A DNA stretch of 64,000 nucleotides, taken from Escherichia phage Mansfield. Each line of letters opens with the position of its first letter. Positions within the stretch are counted from its first letter, which is position 1. The notes beneath the pieces are model-generated. The model made no database searches, was not told the origin of the DNA, and saw only the letters and a list, made by a program, of their open reading frames with translations. A program made the position numbers and the translations under genes. Below, piece by piece: positions 46,649-54,164 of this stretch. Where the stretch lies: sequence record MK903282.1, one strand, 5' to 3'.

Positions 46649-47448
46649 CCTTTTGACACTCCATCTTTAGCCACTGGATTGTTGGTGATTGGCATTGCAT
46701 TCCAAAACTGGATGCGTAATTCTTCTTGCTGTGCAGTTGTATCCATCCAATCACGATACCAAGGGCAATGGGCTTTGCCATGACGAGGAAACGCGCATTT
46801 ACCCATACCGATGCATTGCGGCTGTAGTAAAGGATTAGCCCACGGGTGCACCTTGAGGACTTCCGCAACCATTGCGCGAAATACTTCTTGATACTCGCCT
46901 TGTGTGCGCGTGCACAAGCGGTTTGACGCCATCTGCTGCAGCGTGCGCAAGTTGAACTTTGCCATGATATGCGTTTGCATATTAGAAGGCAAAACGGCAC
47001 GTGCATCTTGAATCTCTGCGCCAGCCGCGCGAAGTTCTTGGTATAGGGCGTCAATGGTCGCCATTGCATCATCCCACTTCTCTGCCAGTGCAGCAGCCTT
47101 CTCGTCATGGCGAGTCCAGCCCTTTGGATCATCCTCTGGGTAAGTAAATTTGGCAGGACGAATCGCATCAAAAGCAGAAGATTCCTGAGCGCGGCTTGTG
47201 CGTTCTTGATATGCGCCTGTGCGTGTGCGTACCATCTGATGAGTCATATTCTTTGATACATCAGTAATGTCAAAGATATAGTCCACAAAGTCAAAAGGTG
47301 ACTTGATTGTATCAAGCATGTAGCGCCAGTGCTCTTGCTTCTCTGATTCCGTCATTTCAGAGACAGGCTTGCCAGTCATGCGCGTGTTCTTTGTTTCCAG
47401 CAAAAGGTCAAGTGCATCTTGGGTGTATCGAATTAATTCAACTTTCAT
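46645..47448 (-). CDS. thyX: ThyX-like flavin-dependent thymidylate synthase homolog
   Basis: 267 aa; SPFDFVDYIFDITDVSKNMTHQMVRTRTGAYQERTSR aligns with the ThyX RHR-X7-S region but reads RTR; ARAVLPSNMQTHIMAKFNLRTLQQMASNR matches second ThyX conserved block. Confidence 0.7.
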   Translation of the reverse strand: MKVELIRYTQDALDLLLETKNTRMTGKPVSEMTESEKQEHWRYMLDTIKSPFDFVDYIFDITDVSKNMTHQMVRTRTGAYQERTSRAQESSAFDAIRPAKFTYPEDDPKGWTRHDEKAAALAEKWDDAMATIDALYQELRAAGAEIQDARAVLPSNMQTHIMAKFNLRTLQQMASNRLCTRTQGEYQEVFRAMVAEVLKVHPWANPLLQPQCIGMGKCAFPRHGKAHCPWYRDWMDTTAQQEELRIQFWNAMPITNNPVAKDGVSKG

Positions 47449-47461
47449 TTTAATTATCCTA

Positions 47462-47908
47462 TTAACGGTAATTCACTAATTGTTGATCACCAGAGAAGGT
47501 GCAATGATAAACGAATTGTGCGTTGTAAAGCAATTGAAAACTTTTCTTTGGTTCATTATTAGCACTCATCGATGTGAATACTTCTGCACCGGAACGGTTT
47601 TCACCAATCAGATTGATAAAGCCGCCAGTTGAACGAGGTTGAACGAAAGTGAAACGTTGCATCCACGGAGTACGGTTGGCACCTTTCCCTGTGAATCCCT
47701 GAATCTGAATATTCAGACCTTCTTGCTCGTTAACACCGATGTAAGTGGTAATCGTTGCACCAGTTGTCGCTGCGGTCTTACCGTCCATCGCTTCACAATC
47801 GTAAACAGCGATTGAATCGGAAGTACGGACGGCAGCTTCAGTCGCTTCCATATACATGGTGCCGAGAATAGCAGTTGCGGCAAGCGCGATTCCAGTGATT
47901 CGTTTCAT
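47462..47908 (-). CDS. secreted protein with signal peptide
   Basis: 148 aa; MKRITGIALAATAILGTMYMEATEAA signal-peptide-like N-terminus. Confidence 0.45.
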   Translation of the reverse strand: MKRITGIALAATAILGTMYMEATEAAVRTSDSIAVYDCEAMDGKTAATTGATITTYIGVNEQEGLNIQIQGFTGKGANRTPWMQRFTFVQPRSTGGFINLIGENRSGAEVFTSMSANNEPKKSFQLLYNAQFVYHCTFSGDQQLVNYR

Positions 47909-47973
47909 TTTCGTTTCCTCTATGAGTTCTGCTTCAATGATTAAAGTATACGCCCATTGAAGCAGAAAGCAAA

Positions 47974-48969
47974 TTATTTATTAGCAATATAAGCAAATTT
48001 TTGATAGTTATTTGCTTTGATGAGTTTTTCAACTTCAGCAAGGTCATGAGCGACGTCATCAAGCAAAATGTTGCGCCAGGTAGCAAATCGACCGACACTA
48101 AACACATTCAAATCCATAGTCAGCTGCAGGAGTAGGGCGTGTCGCAAGTCCTTCGGAATGTCGACAATCTTGCCATATTTCTGGTCGACCTTTTCAACTT
48201 CTTCAAGAGCAATGTCACTCCATGAGAGGCCAAAGGCTGTCAACACTTCGTCGACTTCTGCGCGCAACTTCATGTCACGGTAACGAGTGATGCCGCCAGC
48301 GGCTTCAACTGCAGCTGCACTTACGCTGACCAAAGGAATAGTTTCAATGATAAGCGTGTCACCAGTGATTGATGCGCGGTAAGTTCTGACGGAGTAGTCA
48401 GGGAAGTAAATCGTCTGATACAACTCGCACTTACGTTTAATCTTAAAGCGATAAACACGAATATTTGCCTTATCAAATGAGAAATCAAGCTTTTGATCAA
48501 TCCCAGCCAGCTTCATCATGACTGGCAGCGGCGACGTGTTGATGATTGGCGTCTCGCTATAGCCGCAAAGAGTATCAACCGGAGTATTAAAGAATATGCG
48601 GTCACCCAGTTTGTCGACAAGCTGATCATAAAAGTCATCAGGTGCAATATAACGCGTTGCAGTTTTAAGCTTCATAATTGAACGGCTGCCAAACTGATTG
48701 GTGACCTTCATGGAATACATATTGGCAAGGTTGATTGGGCAATGGTCGTGGTAGTAGTTGCCGCGAAAATACACAGCCTTGTCAACTGTCACGGCCTTGA
48801 AAGGGATTCCGGTAATACGGCTTACTTCTTCGCCGCGAAAGCGTAGAAGCGCCTTGTGCTGTTGCGCTCGTTCCCCTGCTTCGTACACAATAGAGTTCGG
48901 GAAGTGACACGCTGTGATAAGTCCTGCCAGTCCGCCGCCGATAATCATTACAGGTTGTTTCATGTTCAT
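47974..48969 (-). CDS. FAD/NAD(P)-binding oxidoreductase
   Basis: 331 aa; N-terminal Rossmann dinucleotide-binding motif VMIIGGGLAGLITA. Confidence 0.55.
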   Translation of the reverse strand: MNMKQPVMIIGGGLAGLITACHFPNSIVYEAGERAQQHKALLRFRGEEVSRITGIPFKAVTVDKAVYFRGNYYHDHCPINLANMYSMKVTNQFGSRSIMKLKTATRYIAPDDFYDQLVDKLGDRIFFNTPVDTLCGYSETPIINTSPLPVMMKLAGIDQKLDFSFDKANIRVYRFKIKRKCELYQTIYFPDYSVRTYRASITGDTLIIETIPLVSVSAAAVEAAGGITRYRDMKLRAEVDEVLTAFGLSWSDIALEEVEKVDQKYGKIVDIPKDLRHALLLQLTMDLNVFSVGRFATWRNILLDDVAHDLAEVEKLIKANNYQKFAYIANK

Positions 48970-49102
48970 TTGTCCTTTGTGGGTGATATGAGAAGTATAA
49001 TAGCTAAATTATTTTACAGCAACAAGTCATTTTATTTAGTACAGATGAAAAAAAGACCCACAACAAGTGTGGGTCAATTACCGCTGCATAACCGTCCTAA
49101 GG

Positions 49103-49948
49103 TTATTCCGCTTGATCACCGTCTTCGGCATCTTCGTTGGATTCAACATCGACAAACTCGATGTGACCCATCTCTTCCAGCTTGCTCAGGTAGGAGCGAA
49201 CTGAAGCGCCAAACAGTTGATCTTTAACTTTTTCGCCCAGCTCATCGATAGACTGTGCCACGCCAACTTCGCCTTCTTTGATCGCCGCCAGAACGCGTCC
49301 ACGGGTGGAATGCTCTTGCGGCTGACTCAGGCCATTGCCAGTGTAGATGAAGTGAGTAGCTTTTGCACGACGCTGACCATTGGCCTTTTTGGCAGCCTTA
49401 CGTTCTGCGATGGCTTTGCGACGTTCTTCAGCTTCTTGCTTACGCTGTTCTTTCTGCTGTTCTGCAGCTTCTTTCGCCGCAATCTTAGCAGCTTCACGCT
49501 CTGCCTTGCGTTTCGCTTTGGCTTCTTCTTTGGCCTTCTCTTTTTCGGCCTTCGCTGCAGCACGGGCTTGATCACGCTCTGCTTTCTTAGCAGCAGCTTG
49601 TTCAGCTTTCAGGCGCTTGGCTTCTTCTTTAGCCTTTGCCTTTTCGATTTCTTTCGCTGCTTTAGCGGCTTCACGCTCTGCTTTCTTAGCAGCAGCCTTT
49701 TCTGCACGCTCTTTGGCCTTCTTGGCTGCTTCTTCAGCACGCTTCTGAGCCTTCTCATCAGCAGCCTGCTTGCGTTTCAGGGCAGCTTCTTCACGCTTGG
49801 CTTGTTTTTCCTGCTCACGCTTCTGGCGTTTTTCTTCGGCTTCTTTCTTTTTAGCCAGACGTTTTTCTTCAGCCACGCGACGACGTTCTGCTGCAGCTGC
49901 TTGTTTTTCTTCTTTAGATAATACTTTGATTGCTTCGGCCATGTTCAC
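49103..49948 (-). CDS. charged single-alpha-helix (ER/K-rich) protein with C-terminal globular domain
   Basis: 281 aa; about 200 residues of near-pure K/A/E/R/Q, then a globular segment and acidic tail. Confidence 0.6.
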   Translation of the reverse strand: MNMAEAIKVLSKEEKQAAAAERRRVAEEKRLAKKKEAEEKRQKREQEKQAKREEAALKRKQAADEKAQKRAEEAAKKAKERAEKAAAKKAEREAAKAAKEIEKAKAKEEAKRLKAEQAAAKKAERDQARAAAKAEKEKAKEEAKAKRKAEREAAKIAAKEAAEQQKEQRKQEAEERRKAIAERKAAKKANGQRRAKATHFIYTGNGLSQPQEHSTRGRVLAAIKEGEVGVAQSIDELGEKVKDQLFGASVRSYLSKLEEMGHIEFVDVESNEDAEDGDQAE

Positions 49949-50101
49949 AGTCCTTAAATAAATTAGTTTATTTTATATTCCCCGTTTGGGATAACTTAAT
50001 TATGCCTTCAGTCGCCGCCAGTAGCAACTAAAAACTCTGGCGGCAATGCCACTTTAATTAAACTGATTTTCAGTTTTATTTTTCGTAAATTTACGTCAAC
50101 A

Positions 50102-51286
50102 TTAACGCGCTTTCAAATCACGGTACACGGTCAGATTCTTTTTAGCGCGGGTAATAGCGGTGTACATCATCTTTGCATACGGAACGCCGCGCAGGATTTC
50201 TTCCAACACGCACACATTGTCCCACTCGCTGCCTTGCGATTTGTGCACCGTTATGACATAGCCATAGTCCATGCCTCCAACGGCTCGTTGGGCCTCTTTG
50301 CGCACTTCCTGATCAGTAGAGAAGGAAAGAGGATTTATCTTCACCTTTATATCTTTGCCATCGGTAAGCGAGCGCAAGTTGACATACATGATTTCATTAG
50401 ACTCGTCTTCATCCCTTTCAAAGTCCGGCACTGGCTCATAACTAATAACAATCCCTTGCTCGCCATTACAGAATCCTGGACCGTGTTGGTTGAATGTGCA
50501 AATAACTTTCTCTCCGATTCCTGGCATCGGCGTTATACGTCCGCTCACTTGCCGCAATAATGAATTCCATTTATCTTTGGTGCTATTATATGAGCAAATA
50601 ATTTGATCATCTTCGCCCATGAATTTCTTCAACGCAGTAACGCGCGGCGATTCAGCCAACACCTTGACATCATCGTATTCGCGCGGAGGAAGTCGGTTGC
50701 CCTGTCGCACGAAGAAGGAAGCGCGGATGATGTTGGACTCTTTCCCTTGCCGCATGATTTCGGTTAACAGTACGTCAACGGCATCTTCAGTAAAGTAGGC
50801 GGCGGCTTTTACCGGAGGGACTTGTCCAATGTCGCCTAATGCCAGAACAGGGATGCGGTGATCAAGAAGGCGCTCTGTGTCCCACTCGCCAACCATTGAA
50901 GCTTCATCAAGGACGACAAGATGCGGCCTTTCATCAAGCGTTGACTTCCTTGCAAAGATTGGTTCATTGTCATCGTTAACGCCGCGCACGTTATAGATGA
51001 ACTGGTGAAGGGTCTTAGCGCCACGACACCCTTTCTGCTTCAATCGGCTGGCGGCCTTTCCGGTCGGCGCAATATAAATGGCACCGTACTCACCGACACA
51101 ACGGCGCACAATCTCACGCGCAATAGAGGTTTTACCTGTTCCTGCATAGCCAGCGATGAAAAACACGCGCTTCGTTGTTTTGCCGTCCTGCAATCGCTTG
51201 TACCATGCAACGGCCTTTTCGATGGCGTCAATCTGTTGCGCGTTAAACTGAATCACTGGCTCATCATTAAATTCTGGAATGTTCAT
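50102..51286 (-). CDS. Dda/RecD/Pif1-like superfamily 1 DNA helicase
   Basis: Walker A GYAGTGKTS, Walker B VLDEASMV, motifs LGDIGQ, TVHKSQGSEWD, YTAITRAK. Confidence 0.85.
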   Translation of the reverse strand: MNIPEFNDEPVIQFNAQQIDAIEKAVAWYKRLQDGKTTKRVFFIAGYAGTGKTSIAREIVRRCVGEYGAIYIAPTGKAASRLKQKGCRGAKTLHQFIYNVRGVNDDNEPIFARKSTLDERPHLVVLDEASMVGEWDTERLLDHRIPVLALGDIGQVPPVKAAAYFTEDAVDVLLTEIMRQGKESNIIRASFFVRQGNRLPPREYDDVKVLAESPRVTALKKFMGEDDQIICSYNSTKDKWNSLLRQVSGRITPMPGIGEKVICTFNQHGPGFCNGEQGIVISYEPVPDFERDEDESNEIMYVNLRSLTDGKDIKVKINPLSFSTDQEVRKEAQRAVGGMDYGYVITVHKSQGSEWDNVCVLEEILRGVPYAKMMYTAITRAKKNLTVYRDLKAR

Positions 51287-51612
51287 TATAACTCCACTAC
51301 GCTTTCAAGGTCCAGATATACTGGAATAAAATGGCAATCTTCTTTTCGTTCAAACATCTCACCGTCAACATGACTGAAGAAAACAGTTGTGTTTGGTATC
51401 TTCCACCCTTGCTCGCCGCGCACTAGGTATGCCATGGATTCAACAGGGATGTAAAGCGATACCGGATTTGCGGCAAAGATGAATTTGATTCTGTCTGGTT
51501 GACCAAGGAATCGCATAATTGTAAGACTTGAATTCAGTCTTGTATTAAGGAAGGACTCAACGATGCCGACGTGTGTTGCACGTTCGCGTTGCTTCGTATC
51601 TTTTTCGTTCAT
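51286..51612 (-). CDS. hypothetical protein
   Basis: 108-aa ORF, first gene of minus-strand block; 1-nt overlap with helicase gene. Confidence 0.45.
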   Translation of the reverse strand: MNEKDTKQRERATHVGIVESFLNTRLNSSLTIMRFLGQPDRIKFIFAANPVSLYIPVESMAYLVRGEQGWKIPNTTVFFSHVDGEMFERKEDCHFIPVYLDLESVVEL

Positions 51613-51715
51613 TTCAGGCGACCTTTGTTAGTGCGGAAATATTTTCTGATAGTATAATTGCAGATATAGTATAAAGCAAAGTAAATCGAAATTGTGAACT
51701 AAATGGTAAATATTG

Positions 51716-51743
51716 TTGACTTTGTATCACTCAATATTATACT
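51716..51743 (+). promoter_or_regulatory. sigma70-like promoter for plus-strand early operon
   Basis: TTGACT-N16-TATACT; a mirror TTGCTT-N17-TATACT reads on the minus strand about 51640-51670 (divergent promoters). Confidence 0.4.
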
Positions 51744-51772
51744 GCAGGTATTGATCACCGAAGGAAAGAAAG

Positions 51773-52855
51773 ATGGCTAGTTTAAGAGAAGAAGCAAAAA
51801 TAATCGAAGAGTTTTTGACAGAACTCCAAAGAGGCATTCCAGAAGATGAACGCGTCATGACCGTGTTTGCGCCTGAAGCAACGGTGCAGACCGACGAGCG
51901 CGGCAAAAAGATTAACAGCAGCTTCTGGCCTAAGCCTTGGAAGCTTGGCAAGCCGCTGATGCAACATCAGAACGGTTACGCCTGCATAAGTTCAATGCGT
52001 AAGTCTCCCAACCCAAAGACAGGCGAGATGCGATACTGGCGCACGGAATCGGCTTTCGGTCATGGCATGGCGATGATGGTCGACGACATCGGTCACGGTA
52101 AAGGGTCCAAAGGCGATTTAGATTTAGAGTTCTTTTTCGAGAGTCTGAAGCCAACCGTCATTGTTGAGACTTCACCGAACAACCACCAGCTGTGGTATTT
52201 CTTTAAAGACCCGATTGACCATCTTATCCAGTTCAAAGCATTCCTTGGGTCTTTCGTAAACATGGTACTCAAGAAGGGCGGCGACAACACGATTAAAGAC
52301 GTGACGCGCGTGGGCCGTGTTCCTGGTTGCATCAACAACAAGCGTGTGACTCACGACGGCCCTTACAAATATGTCGATGAGAACGGCGACCCGTTCCGCT
52401 GCCGACTTGTCCATGCAGACTATTCTTTGCGATACACAATCGAAGAGATTTGCCAAGCCTTCGGTTTCCACGTCGTTATGCCGCAAAAGCGTGAAATTCA
52501 AATCGACGTTGACGAATACAAATATGATGCTGTTTGGTATAAAATAGCCCAGCAAATCCTTGCTCGCAATAAGATGGGTGAAGGGTCCGATGGCGATGTT
52601 GTTGAAAACATGTCAGGTAAATGCCGCATCATCTGCCCTTGGGGTGAAGAGCACACCAACGGCGACCCATATGGCGCTTACTTTCGCGGCCCAATCCCTG
52701 GCGCTGAACATGAATTCGTTTTCGGTTGCGCTCACGACTGTCACCGGAAAGGTGAAGGTAAGAAAGGCTGGACAGCTTTTGTTGAAGCAGTAGTCATGCC
52801 TTATATTGAGAATCAACTTGATATGATAAATCGTCGCGCAGGTGGCATAAAATAG
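51773..52855 (+). CDS. primase-polymerase (archaeo-eukaryotic primase-type Prim-Pol) with C-terminal Cys/His cluster
   Basis: AEP-like motifs MMVDDIGH, NHQLWYFF, RVGRVPGCINNK; C-terminal CRIICPWGEEH...CAHDCH zinc-binding-like cluster. Confidence 0.55.
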   Translation: MASLREEAKIIEEFLTELQRGIPEDERVMTVFAPEATVQTDERGKKINSSFWPKPWKLGKPLMQHQNGYACISSMRKSPNPKTGEMRYWRTESAFGHGMAMMVDDIGHGKGSKGDLDLEFFFESLKPTVIVETSPNNHQLWYFFKDPIDHLIQFKAFLGSFVNMVLKKGGDNTIKDVTRVGRVPGCINNKRVTHDGPYKYVDENGDPFRCRLVHADYSLRYTIEEICQAFGFHVVMPQKREIQIDVDEYKYDAVWYKIAQQILARNKMGEGSDGDVVENMSGKCRIICPWGEEHTNGDPYGAYFRGPIPGAEHEFVFGCAHDCHRKGEGKKGWTAFVEAVVMPYIENQLDMINRRAGGIK

Positions 52856-52913
52856 TTTGCTTTTATTTTTCTAGCAACTATAATCATTTTATGAACTGAA
52901 GCAGAGGTGATTT

Positions 52914-53060
52914 ATGAAAAGCGAAGAATTGAATATCGAGCTTGAAGGTCTGTTAAAGTCGTTAGAACCTAAGCCCGTAGAGCTTCCCACCCTTGAAGGT
53001 GTCATGGCTCACCACCAATCGGCTGCGGCCAAACACTACTATGAATTTATTAAGGAATAA
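52914..53060 (+). CDS. small hypothetical protein (48 aa)
   Basis: Unlisted ORF with GAGGTGA RBS and preceding TTGCTT-N16-TATAAT promoter (52857-52884). Confidence 0.35.
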   Translation: MKSEELNIELEGLLKSLEPKPVELPTLEGVMAHHQSAAAKHYYEFIKE

Positions 53061-53062
53061 AA

Positions 53063-53353
53063 ATGAACGAACCAAAAATGATGACTCCTGAAGAAGCACA
53101 AAAACTTCGCGTGGAAAACGAGCTGAAGCTTGTAAATGAAATTCTTCCTCTGTTTAAAGGCTATGCGGTTGAAGAAGTCGTTGGCGCAATCCTTAATGTG
53201 TCGACTCACGTGGCGATGAATCTGAATGCAGAGCGTTTCAATACTTTGCTGACGATCAACAACTTTACTGTCAGTGCAACATTTACAGTTGAGCCAGTAA
53301 ATTTTGAAGAAGCTGCAGCCGCAATTCAACAACAGCGAGATCAAGAGGTGTAG
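53063..53353 (+). CDS. hypothetical protein
   Basis: 96-aa ORF with AAGGAA RBS. Confidence 0.45.
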   Translation: MNEPKMMTPEEAQKLRVENELKLVNEILPLFKGYAVEEVVGAILNVSTHVAMNLNAERFNTLLTINNFTVSATFTVEPVNFEEAAAAIQQQRDQEV

Positions 53354-53354
53354 C

Positions 53355-53618
53355 ATGGGCGCTTTCCGCAACGAGTTCATTTGGAACGTCACAAGCAGTC
53401 TTTCGACTTGTCCTAACTGTGCGAGCGATGTGATCAAGGTGCGGCAGCATCGCAACGCAGAGGAAGGTGCCTGGGAGGACGGCGACCTTGTAGAGTGCCA
53501 GTGCTGCTCTCACGAAGGCGTGGTGGAGCTTTACGCAGGAGAAGGTTGTCCACCAGCAGAACGTTCAGCACGCGTTGAATGGGATGCGACAGACTCCATC
53601 GGTGATCCTCAACAGTAA
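53355..53618 (+). CDS. hypothetical zinc-ribbon protein
   Basis: Start at ATG 53355 (AGAGGTG RBS); CPNC ... CQCC cysteine pairs. Confidence 0.4.
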   Translation: MGAFRNEFIWNVTSSLSTCPNCASDVIKVRQHRNAEEGAWEDGDLVECQCCSHEGVVELYAGEGCPPAERSARVEWDATDSIGDPQQ

Positions 53619-53636
53619 ATTTAGGTATAGATACAT

Positions 53637-53741
53637 ATGAAAGCCGTAAAGAAATACACATTAATCATTTCCCTTGTTATCATCCTGGGGCTATTATATG
53701 TATTGGATATGGCATATTATTTGGCAGGGGTGAGTAAATGA
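53637..53741 (+). CDS. small membrane peptide (34 aa)
   Basis: Unlisted ORF MKAVKKYTLIISLVIILGLLYVLDMAYYLAGVSK; stop overlaps ATG of next gene (ATGA). Confidence 0.3.
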   Translation: MKAVKKYTLIISLVIILGLLYVLDMAYYLAGVSK

Positions 53742-54028
53742 ATATTGTAATTCTTTATGGTGAGAATATCAGCGATGACGACATCGAAGTTGCCGTTGAT
53801 GTTTACGGTATCGATGAGGTGAAACGTGTTGAAGAAATTAATGGCTCAAATCTTAATGAGATTGCCAAAGAAGCTGGTTGCCCTTCGGAAGAGATTCTGG
53901 TGGTTACTAACGATGACCTGTCTTCTATGGATTGTTTGCGCCGCATCTTCACCGATTGCCAATACCTTCATTCTGTTCAGTCAGTAAACAAATTGAGAAA
54001 GGCATACGCTGACCAATTTCCTTGCTGA
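53738..54028 (+). CDS. hypothetical protein
   Basis: 96-aa acidic ORF. Confidence 0.45.
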   Translation: MNIVILYGENISDDDIEVAVDVYGIDEVKRVEEINGSNLNEIAKEAGCPSEEILVVTNDDLSSMDCLRRIFTDCQYLHSVQSVNKLRKAYADQFPC

Positions 54029-54080
54029 TAGTTCACCAGTTATATTGCTTTAAACTGAGTTTTACTATATTAATATACAA

Positions 54081-54104
54081 CGCCAGATTTCTGGCGTTTA
54101 TTTA
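54081..54104 (+). terminator. intrinsic terminator
   Basis: CGCCAG-attt-CTGGCG followed by TTTATTT. Confidence 0.5.
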
Positions 54105-54164
54105 CCGCACCCTGAAAGGATATATCCATGCAACAATATAACAAAGCCGTATCAGGAGGATTAA

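Noticed and set aside
49217-49921. Long plus-strand ORF (234 aa, Phe/Leu/Ser/Cys-rich) overlapping the ER/K-rich gene
   Set aside because: It is the reverse complement of a low-complexity GAA/AAG-rich coding region; its composition is the mirror image of the Lys/Glu/Ala protein, so it is a shadow ORF.
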